From NCBI GenBank assembly GCA_951406725.2, contig OX597816.1, positions 28,396,001-28,460,000 of the forward strand: a DNA stretch of 64,000 nt. The letters are read 5' to 3'. The notes under the pieces are model-generated. The model was given only the letters and a program-made list of their open reading frames with translations. It made no database searches and was not told the DNA's origin. The stretch's first letter is position 1, and the number at the start of each line of letters is the position of its first letter. This document shows positions 1 through 14,553 of this stretch, piece by piece. Source of the stretch: Octopus vulgaris. Lineage: Eukaryota. Made by a program: the position numbers and the translations under genes.

Positions 1-38
1 AGCATGTTGTGTATGCATATATATGCGTATACATGTGT

Positions 39-99
<61 letters not shown>

Positions 100-139
100 T
101 GCTATTACGTATGAACATGCATATATATGTATATATAAT

Positions 140-431
140 GGACTTCCCGTCGTTAGACGACTTACGCGGGTTAGACAATTTCTAACCGAACAACCTCACA
201 GATGATTTGTTTATAGCGATCAAATACTTGTGTAGACATAAGATCACTCCCTCAATGAAATCGACATTACCTGTACAGATGCAACGGGTGTCACATGTCA
301 GGTGTCGAAATGATCACAGTGCAACGGGAAATGAAGTGGTTTGTCCAAGAACACAACACAACTCCCAGTCTGGGAATCGAACCCACGATCTCGCAATGGT
401 AATTGCAACAACTCAACTACTAAGCCATGTG

Positions 432-434
<3 letters not shown>
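140..434 (-). mobile_element. tRNA-derived SINE between (TA)n tracts
   Basis: Minus strand begins aagcacatggcttagtagttg (A-box-like), then ggttcgattccc (B-box), then a CORE-like ttggacaaaccacttca. The 3' end gtcgtctaacgacgggaag resembles the tail of the SINE at 6451-6833. Confidence 0.8.
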
Positions 435-489
<55 letters not shown>

Positions 490-496
<7 letters not shown>

Positions 497-730
497 CAAA
501 ATCCGTTCTATCTTTCCATCTGTGTATGTGTCTTCTAGGATCTCGGGCATCTTCCATCCGATTGTGCTCAAATTTGATGCGTTGATACCGACGGTATCAA
601 GTTGCGTATAAGTCTTGGAAGAATTACAAAAATTACAAAAATCGATAAACCCGTGGGAACGTGCATTTGTACACATAAGTATATCAACTGTTGCGATCGA
701 TACTACTTGAGAAAATGCACGTGCAGTTTG
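490..730 (+). mobile_element. possible non-autonomous Helitron/DINE-like fragment
   Basis: Follows (TA)n with tataatacaaaatccgttct..tctgtgtatgtg..ccgattgtgctcaaattt, a layout I recall from non-autonomous Helitron/Helentron relics. Contains the palindrome ttgataccgacggtatcaa (582-600). Confidence 0.35.
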
Positions 731-1023
731 CGCAATAAAAGCCGACTGGCTTGAAATAATGCCACAAAATGCAGTATATTTAAGAGACCAAAAAAGTAAG
801 ATGCAACAGAGATATTTTCTTTAAACTTGGCATGAAGGAAGGAAAGAATATTTGGTTTCTCAAGAATTTTTTTTTTTTTGCCTTAACAAAACCAAAAATT
901 TGATTGAAGTAAAGGCATGCATAATTATTTTTTATTCAGCAGATATGATTCAGCACCATCCATTGTACGGGGGCGTTTTGCTCGTATATATATATATATA
1001 TATATATAAACATCTATACATAG

Positions 1024-1065
<42 letters not shown>

Positions 1066-1405
1066 CAACGTATAATTGTCAGCCAAATGTGGCGCCCTAT
1101 ACAGGACACTGCTACTGACGTTTATAGCCTCAGAAATCTGGTTAACGACAAACATTCTGTGCCCCATTAGTATTTGTGAGGAGATACACACGGACTCGAG
1201 TTTCTGAGTGGTTACCCTTCCTCAGCATGTGCTAATCACAAGCTAGTGATGAAAACTCATTCCTCTCGCAAACTACTATATGCTGTTTCCAGTAATAAAC
1301 TGTCGCTGATCTTGAAAAGGAAGAAATAAGCTATATGAAAACTATGAGCGACATATAAACAGTAGTAGTAGACAATCGTAACATATAGTCACCAATGGAG
1401 GAAAG

Positions 1406-1438
<33 letters not shown>

Positions 1439-2429
1439 TGAGAGAGAGAGAGTGATACTGATTACTTTCACTTGACGAATCAAAAATTTTGACTTCTTTA
1501 TTTACTAAAAGTGTTTCGTTTGAGTTTCTAAATTTTGGTTAAGAGTAAGAAATACTTCATAGCTTCCATAATTTTTATTTAAGCTTTTGTTATAAGTAAA
1601 GAAGATTACATTTATTTTAACGCATCGCTGATAAGTGTAATATTTGTGTTAGTTATATTCCACTTTACCTGGTTTCCAATAACTTTTCGAATTTCGTGAA
1701 TTTTGGGTATGAGAAAACTTTGTTGTGTTTGTTTTCTCACGTTTGCTTTCAGTATTGACCTGACCTAATACACTCATACATTGATTAAAATAACAATGAT
1801 GTCATAAATCGAAATTACTGTAATGATTTTTTTGAGAATTGGTGCAGTATTCTAAGAACGCAATGCCATATTAATGGGAGTCTAATTGGCACTCATCATT
1901 AACTCAGCCGATGTATTTTTTGTTTCTCGGAATTTTCTCACAGTTTTTACAAATGTATGCTTTAGAAATACTATCATTATGAATTTTTAAAAATTACATT
2001 TGATTATATTTTTGTCAGACTTTTAGAATAGCTGTCTTACATAAATCTCAATTTCACATTTTTTTTTCTGGATTTCTTCACATTTTATAATAACCCGCAT
2101 TTGAAAACAATCGCGGGTAGATTTTCTTAAAAATGCAATTTTTTAATTCTTGTTTTGTTTCTTTTTCTTTCTTTTTTTTTGTCAAGTAACTACCAATTTC
2201 TTCATCTTAATATAAGAATACAAGTCACAATTAATTAGTTTCTATTTTATATTATTTTTCGTCAGGCTGTAGTATTTCACGCTTGATAAACTGTAATCTA
2301 TAGTTTTTATAGAAAAAGATTTCGGAAAGATATCATACATGATTCTGAATTTCATGTTACTTTGTTACCGTATTTTAATTATGAAAATTAAAATGTCGAG
2401 GTGGAAGTACAAAATATTTTCTTTAAAAA

Positions 2430-3580
2430 TGTGTATTAGGTGCGTTTCAAAATGTAGAATGCTCTAATTTTGAAACTATATTGCGAAAGATAGTTATAAC
2501 AACCAAATATAGCTCAGTTAGATGAATCCTCTTTGTAATGTAATAGAAGTGTGTTTCTTGCCCGTATGTACACGTCGTCCAAAATAAAAAATTGTATAAG
2601 GCGGTATTATTTGTAAGGCAGCTAGAAACCGACACAAAACAGGGGTCGGTGTTTCGTGTTGTTAAAAGGGGTATTTTTCTTGTTTGTGCCATAGATGGGG
2701 CACCATCGATGGCAGGTTGTTCTCACTGCTTTATCAATGTATAGAAAAATGTGTTATCTAGAGTGTTTCGAGTGTAATATGTAATTCACAGGCAACAACT
2801 GGTTGAAAATGACCAACATTGTTTACTTAATAAATCGTTGAGCACTCTTATCAGTAAATAAAATCAAGACACATGCTCTTTTTCCCATTGTTTTAACAGC
2901 TATAAACTGAGAATAACAACGATTTTGAACGCTTAGCGTAGCACACAGAAGTTCGATGGCTGTCAAACGGAAACTGCTTCAGAAGATTTTCTCCACTTTT
3001 TAAAACAGTTGATGAATTCTTCCACATTTCAATGCCTGTTCTCTGTGTTGTACTAAAAAGCAGCAAGCATGACATTGCTTTCGCGGCACATATATTCAAT
3101 GAAGTTAATTTGCAAAAGGAAATTATGTTAAACCTCATCACCTAAACACTAGTCCTCCCCACATTTTATAAATCGTCTTGAGATTTTCCAGTTTGTGAGC
3201 CTCTCTGAATTGAAGAAAGAGAACATACAAGTAGACAAAATTGAAGCTCATTGTTTACACCTGAATGAGCTGTACAGAGACATGTCTAACAGATTTCGGG
3301 ATTCTATTTTTTTTCCTTCGTAAACTGGCAGTCGGGGAAATCAATCAATTCGTAAATATCAGTCATAAGAAAACCAGAATAGCGAAGACACAACAGGTTT
3401 CACTTCAAAATGAGATTGAGATGAGGCCAAAAATTGTATCAGGATTTTTGACTAAAAAATGATATTTCTGACCGCTACGCTACACTGTGGGAAAACGTCG
3501 AGATGTTATTTATTGCCTTTTCAACATCATATTTAGTAGTGAGGGACTTTAGTGCAATTGCCAAGATTCTTTCTAAGTAA
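2430..3580 (+). pseudogene. decayed hAT transposase (Buster/Charlie, ZBED5/FAM200-like)
   Basis: Hand translation across frameshifts gives QLDESS (LD at 2518-2523), FVRQLETDT, CAIDGAPSMAG (~2685-2717), VIHRQQLV, HTEVRWLSNG (2942 on) and the C-terminal LWENVEMLFIAFSTSYLVVRDFSAI. All are hAT motifs in the correct order, interrupted by stops. Confidence 0.9.
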
Positions 3581-3661
3581 AGAGAGAGGGAGAGAGAGAG
3601 AGAGGAAGGGTGAAAGAAAGAGATAGATAGAGGGACAGAGACATATCTCTATATATATGTA

Positions 3662-3876
3662 GTGGAGGCGCAATGGCACAGTGGTTAGGACAGTGGACTC
3701 GCGGTCGCAGGATCGTGGTTTCGATTCCCAGACTGGGCGTTGTGAGTGTATATTGAGCAAAAACACCTAAAGCTCCACGAGGCCTCGACAGGGGGTGGTA
3801 GCGAACCCTGCTGTACCCTTTCACCACAACGTTCACTATTTTTCCCGGTTTCTATTGTACCTATATTTCAAATGGC

Positions 3877-3885
<9 letters not shown>
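3662..3885 (+). mobile_element. tRNA-derived SINE, family A (3'-truncated)
   Basis: ggaggcgcaatggcacagtggttagg (A box) ... ggtttcgattcccagac (B box). Near-identical to the reverse complement of 6620-6833. Confidence 0.9.
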
Positions 3886-3908
<23 letters not shown>

Positions 3909-4427
3909 CATCCATACTTGATTCTCTTTCCCATGCCATAACAAATTTTGAATGCTGTCAGTTTTGAGATGAGTCGAACCAAAGATGTCGAAATTTGGAA
4001 ATATTATTTATATCTCGACTAGACTATGGTATAACATATAATGCGTTATATAAGTATTTACAGTTAGCACAGTTCCTTATAATATTATTCGAAGGTAACG
4101 TGAAGAAGCTCTTTCATACTCACATATGTCCGTTTATACCAATATATGAAATTTTTGCCCATCTATCTATAAATAGTCGTGATAAAGACATTTTATAATT
4201 GAAGAATCTTTTCACAAAACATTTCTGGAATTTTATTTTTAATCATGCCATGACTGGAAAGCTGGAATGAAATTGAATACTATAAAATATTTATTTATTT
4301 ATTTATTTATTTATTTATTCATTTGCAGCTCTTATTCTTCCTAAGCTGATCCTATTCTAGACTGCAATAGCAATGGTATGAAAAGATAACTATAAAACGA
4401 ATAAACATCTCTTTATATACGCAGGAT

Positions 4428-4428
4428 A

Positions 4429-4490
<62 letters not shown>
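4428..4490. repeat. (TTA)n microsatellite
   Basis: Pure trinucleotide run. Confidence 0.95.
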
Positions 4491-4492
<2 letters not shown>

Positions 4493-5911
4493 TTGAATGT
4501 CGGGGAGATATTTAAAGAATGATGAGCAGAAAAATAAATTCGCGTATCTATACATGTTAATATTCCTGATTAAAAGTAATCTCTCTGCAAGTCATATAAG
4601 ATATGTTTTGCTGAAGCATATGCAATTGGATTGAAGAGACGTGAAGCCATCCATGCGTTAACGCATGGAAATATCACTTTCTAGACGGACTGCAATCGGA
4701 TTTCATGTCTGATATTGCTGCCGGATGACATGGATATAATGATTGAACGGATTACATCTTAGGGTACAAGGTTATGTAAATCAATTTATTTTTAAACCAA
4801 ATCAAAGGAAGTTCAAGAATATTAGACTTTAACGCATAATCCTTCTTCTAACGGAATAGAGGAACTGATTTATTTTCCTTGCGGGCGTCTGTGTTAATTC
4901 AGATGTAACGCGCCAGTGTAGATCTATTCAGTCCATTATTTCTTGCAATTAAGATCCTGCATTCCTAAAGATAGATTGAGAAATAATTACCAATATATCC
5001 TGGGGAAATAATTAAGCTGTAGCTAGTAGTTAATGAAGAAGATATATTTGCTATAATTGCAGTTGTGTTCTTAATTACACAATGTATAATATATACTTCA
5101 TTTTCTTTCTCTAAGCTACAAAGATAGTCTGGAATTTTTTTTTTCAGATAAGAAATATACTTGTTTGTTTTTGCCGTTGTTTTACCCCAAAAAGGGAGTG
5201 AATGTGCACACTAATAATTAAAAGAATTTCCAACCGTGACCATCAAACATATTTCTCTGTATTTCCCGGATTATATTATCTTTGTTCTTACATGTTTGTG
5301 GTGGTAATCATGAATTGTCTATTGTTTTATGAGAATCAATTGAGCAGCCGCGAAAAGTTTTCTTCGTTGACACAAAGATAACAAGATCAGAGAAATAGTA
5401 AGTACCCATTGAGAACACATACTTAATATTGGTTTGCAATATACTTCTGTGATGTCATTTCAAAATGATTGAGTCAATAATCAATTTAATCTCACCTAAA
5501 TTCGATAATATAAGAGGTAACATTAATTGATTGATAAAACAGTAAAATCCAGGGAAAATGGTGTTCAGCTGTGAGCGTAAATTAGTAAGTAGAAATCTTA
5601 ACAAAGTTGGCGTAAGTACTGCTGATCAACCTAGATAGCTTGGCAATCTTCCTCTGAGCATTCGGTTCTCATTTCTTCTTCAACATTCATTTGCTACGTG
5701 GCCATGTTTGGAATTTAGAGGAGTTACAAGAGTGACAACCATTGGATAAACAGAATCTTGGTTAAAAAGAGAGAAATGTAATTATGAAACTAAAAGCAGG
5801 CACAAAGTTAAAACATCATATTCGAATATATTCAAATGGTCAGTAATATCACTGTTTATGTATAGTGGGGAATAAATATACTATATTATACAGTTTATCT
5901 TTTGATTTTCT

Positions 5912-6230
5912 TAGTCCTTAGACTGTGGCCATGCTGAGACACCGTACTGGAGAAATTTAATTTCAACGAGTCGACCCCAGAACTATTTTTCTAAGCCAAT
6001 GCTCTAATTCTATCGGGTTCGTTTCTCGATCCGGTATGTTTCAAGAATGAACACACACCAACACCGCTTGCCAATCGATGGTGAGAACAATAGCAATCAC
6101 ACAAACAAACATACGCGCATGCACACACCCTGACACATACACACACATTTGTCCAAGATGCTATGCAGTGAGGTCGTGCTCAGAAACATAAGGTTGAGAC
6201 GTAAAGGGTCTTACTACACAACCACACCTT
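5912..6230 (-). mobile_element. degraded CORE-type SINE (family C)
   Basis: gactgtggccatgctg..gtcgaccccag..ttctatcgg..acaccaacacc is collinear with the intact copies at 22272-22680 and 56752-57200. Confidence 0.6.
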
Positions 6231-6376
6231 CACACACACACGTAGACACAGACATAGACAGAGATCTATCTATCTATCTATCTATCTATCTCTAGACACA
6301 CATACTCACAGACACACACATACATGCACATGCACACGTATATATATATATATACATATGGTACTTCTTTTAAGAG

Positions 6377-6450
<74 letters not shown>

Positions 6451-6451
<1 letters not shown>

Positions 6452-6832
6452 GGAAGCACTCCGTCGGTTACGACGATGAGGGTTCCGGTTGATCCGAATC
6501 AACAGAACAGCCTGCTCGTGAAATTAACGTGTAAGTGGCTGAGCACTCCACAGACACGTGTACCCTTAACGTAGTTCTCGGGGATATTCAGCGTGACACA
6601 GAGAGTGACAAGGCCGGGCTCTTGAAATACAGGTACAACAGAAACAGGAAGTAAGAGTGAGAGAAAGTTGTGGTGAAAGAATACAACAGGGATCACCACC
6701 ATCCCCTGCCGGAGCCTCGTGGAGCTTTAAGGTGTTTTCGCTCAATAAACACTCACAACGCCCGGTCTGGGAATCGAAACCGCGATCCTATGACCGCGAG
6801 TCCGCTGCCCTAACGACTGGGCCATTGCGCCT

Positions 6833-6833
<1 letters not shown>
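6451..6833 (-). mobile_element. tRNA-derived SINE, family A, full length, inserted in (TA)n
   Basis: Minus strand gaggcgcaatggcccagtcgttagg / ggtttcgattcccagacc (A and B boxes). Flanked on both sides by (TA)n. Confidence 0.9.
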
Positions 6834-6884
<51 letters not shown>

Positions 6885-7261
6885 CTTTGAATGTGTGTGT
6901 GTCTCTGTGAGTATGTGTGTGTATACGGCACGTGTGAAATGACGTATGAAATTATCAAGATTAGTGCGTTAGACAATTTTAAATCCGGTGGTGATGAATT
7001 GGAAATACATTGACACTCCATCACGCTTCTCTTTTCATTTCGTAATAAGACTGAAATCTGGGAACGTTAAAGATCTGTGGAATAATATTTTTCTCAAGTT
7101 GGACAAATGACTGATAAGAAGACAGTTGTATATTTACTTTAACGCCCACTAGTGACCTCACAAAAGTACTTGCCAGTATAACTCTCTGTCTGTCTGTCTC
7201 TCTAGTGTATAAACATATATGTGTGAGTGTGTATATGTAAGATAGAGAATGTAGTAATATT

Positions 7262-7382
7262 GATTGATAGATAGGCAGATAGATAAACAGATAGATAGAT
7301 AAATATATAGATACACAGATAGATAGATAAATATATAGATAGATAGATAAATAGATAAATAGATAGATAGATAGATAGCTAC

Positions 7383-7460
<78 letters not shown>

Positions 7461-7475
7461 GGATAGATAGATACA
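7262..7475. repeat. (GATA)n microsatellite
   Basis: Long tetranucleotide run, source of the IYLS-repeat ORFs. Confidence 0.95.
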
Positions 7476-8725
7476 TGGATAGGCGTTCGTTCTTTTTTTG
7501 CGATTACTCAAGCAATTACTGTTTAGTGATTACCTTGATAATTGGATTTTCTCGGAACATGTGCGTTTCTGTATCGAGAATATGAATAATTCAAATAGTA
7601 GCTATCATTATATATCAGAGACATTTTTTTTTCTTACAGTCATATATATATTGCTTGCAAATAAACCAATGAGTTCTTTGAGAAGTATTCATTATATACT
7701 ATGATAAAAGTGGAATAGAGAGTGCGGGCTCTGCTCAAAAATGACTGCAGCATTAATTGTTAATGACTAGTGTTGCTCCATATGTTTGTTTTCCAAAAAT
7801 GTTATGGTTGACCTTGTGGTGCATATCTGCCAGGCACGTGGTGTTTCACCAGTCTTACATCCAGACTAGCAACTAAGAGAGAACAAAGACCACAATAGAA
7901 ATAAAACAAGGAATTTCAGGCTACGTGCCTTCTTTAGATTTTACCATTAACTGAAGAAGGGCCAGTGGCCCGGAACGCCCAGTTTTTGCTTTTTGTACTC
8001 TTTGTTTTCACTTAATTCTCCAGTCCACAATCACGTGGAAGATGGTCTGTAAGCTGTTCCGTGATGCAACGAGCTGAAAATATTTCTGTATAGCTACACA
8101 AATTTCTTGATGGCATGTAAATTGTAAGACATAAAGATGATTAATCGAAGAAGATTGCAGATTCTCTTCTCTTTAAGCTTCGAGTACAAATCCCTTTTTG
8201 CCGTTGATACACACAGAAACGATAAATCTTTCAGCCATATTTTCTTGGCCATACCCTAACTACAAATAGTTAAAAAAAACATAGCTTATATTCCATTTGA
8301 CTTGAACTGAGGAACATATTTCATATACAGATGACACGTTGCTCTGTTAGTGACATGATTAATGATGCAAACGTTGTGTGTGTGCGCGCACGTGTGTGTA
8401 TATGTTTGAGTATAAGTGCGCGCGTAGGTTATGTACGGTTTATTGTTTTTAATAGTGTATGGATATCCAAGATATGAGTCGCCATTTTACACAACAATCT
8501 AAACTGAATAGCCTTCCGCTAAATGCTCATCCCATAAATGCTTCTTCGTCTCTACCTTTACACGATGTATTAAGGATGCATAAAAATTGTACGTAACAGG
8601 AATAATCAAAATTGTAATGTTTGTACTATTTTCGGAGGATATCAGCCCGCTAAAGGAAAGTAAATTTTATTATTTATAGAATAAAATGCTTTGAAAGAGT
8701 TTACTGCATGACTTAATACAAAACA

Positions 8726-9720
8726 TAGGGGTCTGATAAAAAGAATACCGGGTTTGACACTATAAAAAGAAAACTACAACACATCATTCCGGCTTATAAT
8801 CTTCTTCGAAGAGTTCCCTTCTGAAGAAAGGCACTTTATTCAGCGACGTTTCCATAAATGGGACCATTCATGGAACTCCTCTTATGGGATAGCGAGCAGC
8901 TATCTTGAACTTCTCCAACGTCTTGAAATCTTGTCCGTTTTAAGTGCGATCTGATTTTTGGATCAAGGTAAAAATCGGAAGTGTTTAGATCTGGGGAGTG
9001 TAGCGGTTTTTGAAACTGGGGAATGTTATACTTGGTCAGAACCTGTTGCCCAACATGCACCGAATGGGCATGTGCGTTGTCATTGTGGAGTTGCTTCTCA
9101 TCGGACGCATGCCATAACACGTCACGGTAGTTTACTGTATGACCAGATGAAGCATAATCATGGAGAATAATGTCTCTGCAGTTGAAAACTCAACGATGTC
9201 TTTACATCGTTCCGATTCATTTGTGCTTTCTTCTGTCTCGGAGAAGTTGGGGTCTTCAATTATGAAGACTGAGACTTGGTTTCAGGGTCATAGCCATAGG
9301 CTACCCCTACTCATCCCTAGTTCTCAGAACGTTTTCGTCTTCTTCGACATGATGTAGGAAAACCTGCTCAGCTGAAACCCGATCATCATTTGCTCAACTG
9401 AAAGCAGTTTTGGCACACGTTTCATTTCCAAATCGTCAATGAGAATGTACTGAATTGAACCGTAACGAATGTTTACCTCCTCCGACTTCACACGGGCGGT
9501 GATTCGATGGTCTTTCCAAACACCTCCTAAGTACATCTCCCACATTTTCATCACATTTGCCGGATGCGGATCTAACAGAACCTGAGCCAGTGTCGATATT
9601 TTGTTGGTCATCTTGGAAACATTTCAATCAGTCGTACACTCCTATCCTGCTAATATACTTCCTCCATCTTGCGTAGGGCTCTGCGCAGGCAGCGCCAAAC
9701 TTTTTGTGTATGATCGTTTG
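8726..9720 (-). mobile_element. decayed mariner (DD34D-type) transposon
   Basis: Minus-strand ORF fragments contain LHNDNAHAH (HDNAPAH), LHSPDLNTSDFYL (YSPDLAPSDF), DHRITAR and KRVPKLLS. Terminal ta-ggggtctgataaaaag at 8726. Confidence 0.9.
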
Positions 9721-10194
9721 AAGGGTATTGTGAAAGCATACATGTAACAGGGTGAGAGAATGTGCGAATACTAGGGAAAATATACTGGCAAAGCAAATGG
9801 TATGGCAAGAGAAAATTGGAAGGTATTACTTATAAGTAGATTTACCTGAAATGAACGTAGGAGGGGGAAACGTATTTTGCCAATGTAGAGTGTCTTACGC
9901 TATATTTTGCAAAAGTGAGAAGTGTCAAAAACAGAGAAATACCACATAAAAACAAAATGGATGTGTCAAAACCTGTTGCAGAGTAGGAAAAAATGAAGAC
10001 TTTGGAGGAATGTCAAAAGGTCAGTAATGAGCGGGTAACACCACAAAGCAGGGTGATAACTATAAAGAGAAACTTGATAAAGTTCAAAGGGAAGAAATAA
10101 TTGTGACCAAATCTGATATAACAATGTCAGGTGGCGTAAAATCTAATGAAAACATGCTTATATTCCATATCATCAAGGGTATAAGGATGGCTTT

Positions 10195-10199
10195 ATATT

Positions 10200-10232
<33 letters not shown>

Positions 10233-10239
10233 GTATATA

Positions 10240-10325
<86 letters not shown>

Positions 10326-10356
10326 TATATATATATAATATATATATATATATTAT

Positions 10357-10393
<37 letters not shown>

Positions 10394-10420
10394 ATATTTT
10401 TATATTTATATATATATATA
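10195..10420. repeat. imperfect (TA)n microsatellite
   Basis: About 220 bp of TA run. Confidence 0.95.
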
Positions 10421-11539
10421 TCTGTCTAATTGGATCAATGTACTCAACAAGAAAGAGTATAGATCTCGTTAGTTGGTACTGTGATGTATTATGCAGTTGG
10501 CAGCATTAATTTAAAGGAACATAAATTCTTTGGAGTGAATTTAAAAAAAGAAATGGCAGTCAATCTTAAGAACTATGCATCTTAGGTAATCACCAACGCA
10601 TGTTCCAACATCTTTATCAGTTTGTTATTTCTGTCAATGACAACTGCGAATATTCGAAACTGCCAATTAAATAACTTCGACAACTTATTTGTAAAACAAC
10701 AAAAGAATAAAGAAAAACACACAGAAGCAAACACAAACGTATAGTCGTTCATACACGCATACGCATAAAATTCATTCATGCGTAAAGTCTACCCACATAA
10801 TTAAGCAGACCTATGAAACATGCACACATATAAACATGAGCGCGTAAATACAGACGTTCACCAATATGCGTAGCGTGGAACACGAGGTATCCGTTTTTAT
10901 ACCTGTGTATATGTGTGAATGTTGTGTACGTGTGTATACACACAAAGACACACACACATATGTTGGTTCGTAGAAGATTGTCCAATGTTCTTGATAGGTT
11001 TCTTCTTATACTTTATTTCTATTCCTAAACAGTCAAAGCATCTCAAATTATCAAACATCTTTACCTAATGGAATCAGGTTATGATATTCGTTTTGCTCAA
11101 ACATACCGAAATCAATACCAATTGTGTTAACAGTTTCTCTTTTTTCATATTATTTCAGAAACACACGACCTCGAACGCCAGGAGACCGGTTTTTCATATC
11201 CATGAAAGAGTCACACTCTCCTTTACTCCATAAATCTCAATCTTCCAGTCTTTCAGTCTCTCCTTCTCTCCCTATCCCCGCCTCTCTCCTGCTCTTCAGT
11301 ACGTTAAATTAGTTTGCAGTACGAGCCTATATACCTCGTCCGCGTCTCGTTTATTGAATTATAAATCTTCCAATCTTAAAATCTCTCCCCTTACTTTTAC
11401 ATCTTTCTATCCCCCTCTCTCTCTCTCTCTATGTATGAATCTATTTGTATCACTATATTTAGCTATCTATGAAATTTATATATTTATATATACGTATACA
11501 TATATAAGTTTATATATTCGTTTTGTAAGTTTCTTAATG

Positions 11540-11905
11540 TGAATTTGTGTGTTGAAACAGATATTATTGTATTTGGGGATGGTCATGTTGCCAGTGTAGC
11601 CAATAAAGACACACGCACTATATATTTGGTGTTCATTGCTTCAGCTTTATTTTTATATTAATGTCATTTCGGCCAGATTTCTTTTGTCACACTTCTGTGA
11701 CCTCATCAGTGGTCCTTTGCTTTCTTTTTTGTGTGCCTTTCTAAAGAATGATAGGCTATTTTGTATACCTATTGCATGTGTCTTTATTTGCGGATGCATA
11801 TATCTCTGTGTGTGTCTATGTTTAGTATGTGTGTGTGTGTTAGTGTGTGTGTGTTAGTGTGTGTGTATGTATATAAACATGACCATCCCCAAATACAACA
11901 GTATA
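11540..11905 (-). mobile_element. Penelope-like fragment with hammerhead-like core and inverted duplication
   Basis: Minus strand CTGATGA-ggtca..tggcc-GAAA-tgacatta at 11659-11712. The 29-bp segment 11561-11589 recurs inverted at 11876-11904 (27/29 identical). Confidence 0.55.
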
Positions 11906-11957
11906 TATATATATATATATGTTTAAATTTATATGTAAGTCTATATGTGTGTGCATC

Positions 11958-12014
<57 letters not shown>

Positions 12015-14497
12015 TAACACATACGAACAGACACAAACACACTCACATAAATATATTCGCATGTGGGAGGGAGCACGTGGCTGGTTTCTGCGTTAGTCTG
12101 TACATACGTATTATATACATGTGTACTTACATACACACACATGCATATATGTGTGCGTCTGTGTGTGAACATGCGTAATCACCAAGCTATAAAACTACCT
12201 AACTGAGTATGTATGAGTGTAGAAGCATGTATGCATATGTGTGCGTGTGTATCAGTATACACATACCTCTCTAAGCATGTATGGAATTATCTATTCATCA
12301 TAGAGTATTACAAGTTATTGGTTGCTCTGTGTAAATCTTCTCATAATCTAGCTTTCAACTATCAACAATAAAGCCAATACGTCTATAGGTCAACTCTTTA
12401 AACATGCCAGCTAATAAATTTAAGTCCAATTTATTAAAGCTCAACCACTAACAAGATGCGGTGAAAAAATCGATGAATTATTTGCTATTAAATAAATTGA
12501 CGAAGATAGAATGTCTCAAACTTTAATGTTGGAAAAACTAAGCAAAACCGTCACGTATGATTTACATGAGATTTAACTGCGCAAATAATTATAAAGATAA
12601 ATGCAGACTGAGTTAGGAAACTGGTGAAAAAGAGATGATAGTGTCATAGAATATCATCGACCAATAAGCATCTGGCTTTTGGTCAGTGGCATATTTATAG
12701 AGTTCGTGACCAACATATCATTCAGAAACTGATTGGTAAATATGTAGTGAGTGATCGACATATTTGCTAGTTGGCAAAGATACATAAAAAAGCGTTGAAA
12801 ATTAAACAAACTTAATTGCATATTGCATAGTTTCGCTAAAACCGCACAGCTGGTTTTAACAGTAGATGCTACGTTAAACACCATGCATGGTTTCATACAC
12901 TAATGGATCTTTAGAGAAGGACCACCTTCCAGTTGCTGTGCCTGCTGAGATATTGTAGACAACTTTCCATCAAATCTCATCCATAAGTTATAGTCTTAAA
13001 AGTGGAAGCACATACTCAACTGTATACATTCACATGTAGATACACATGAGAAGGTAACGGTTACAAGGGTTTTAATTCGGGATCAAATAAAACCAACTTC
13101 ACGATGTTGACAATGACGTTGTCCTCTGACAACACAGCAACCACCTCTAACACCACCACTAACACCTTCACCTCAACAACCATTTTATTTCATCATTATT
13201 GCTAAATAACAAAAACAAAACCAACTAAGCTTGCTGCTATGTTCCTTAAATAGAAACAAGAAGCTACGTTTGCTCCTGTCAAATATTTGAACATTTGATT
13301 TATCAGACTGACCGGAAACCACAAATATTATAGAGAATAGGATAAATACAGTTTCGCTCTTGTCTATAGGAAACAGGTTTCTTTTAAGCGATTTAATGTA
13401 AGGAATGGCAATAAGCTAACATTTAAGAAAACTGTGGTGACTTAAAAGAGATATAATGTTAGTTACTGTCTCAAATAATTTGATGAATTCGGCGAATGTT
13501 TTAGTGGAAAACTAGAATGCTATAACGATATAAATGTAAATGGACTGCATAAAAAAGAAATAAGCATTAACATAACGATGGGAGCATGAATAAACTGGCA
13601 GGGCACATGAGCAAGCGTTGTTCACACAAACAATGCACCGTCGGAAATATATTCTTCTACACATTCGTCATTATCAACTCGTCAGCGCCAACTTCAAATT
13701 CCTTATTATCAGACTCGATTATGCATCGTCTATTTCGATTTCCTCATCGTCAACTTTAATATTGTCATCGTCAAGTTACGTGTCTCCATTTTAAGATGTA
13801 GCGAATATATATATTTTTTATTAGGAAGAGATATTGATATTAGTGATTAATTGCATCAACTATAAAAGTATGTAAACATTAAAATGGTTCGTGGAGGATA
13901 ATAAGCTTTGGACGATAACATTTTTTTCGCAACGCATATTACATTATGTATATATGCATATGCATACATACAAACATATATGTGTATATATGTATATAGA
14001 TCCACACACTCATCCAGCCCCATTCCCACATCTATATACGCACACTGACCTTTACCTAGTACAGTAGATATAAAACTACTCATACTATATGCATATATAC
14101 GCAACAAGAAGAAAAGGAAATATAACCAGTTTTAAACTTTTATTCCATATTCCTATTTATTAAGTCTTTTAGCATATTAAAATAAATTCAGCAACCATTT
14201 ACGGGAATCAAATTCAGCCCCGAAGCGATCAAAAATTCTGCATACGTAAATAATGAAACACAAGCTAAATATATATTGCCTTTGTCTCAATAATAGTTTA
14301 TCTCTGTAGAGTATATAGTACATTCCGTGCGTATAATAAATGCATATATATTTACGACAATGGATGGTGCAATATGTTTTATTATACACAGCTTCTAATG
14401 TTCTACATGCAGTTTTAATGCTAAATACAATTCCTTTATGATCCTGCCACCAGAAATGACTAATGTGAATGTCTGTACAATATGTGTGTGTGTATGT

Positions 14498-14553
<56 letters not shown>

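Noticed and set aside
1190-1255. Faint 5S rRNA-like stretch on the minus strand (ttagcac..gggtaaccac)
   Set aside because: The similarity is too short and degenerate to support a 5S gene or SINE3 call without a covariance-model search.
2430-3580. Domesticated ZBED/FAM200-like host gene
   Set aside because: Multiple stops, frameshifts and deletions show it is a decayed transposase copy.
3662-3740. Possible functional tRNA genes at SINE heads
   Set aside because: A and B boxes are present, but acceptor stems are incomplete and each runs into a shared SINE body.
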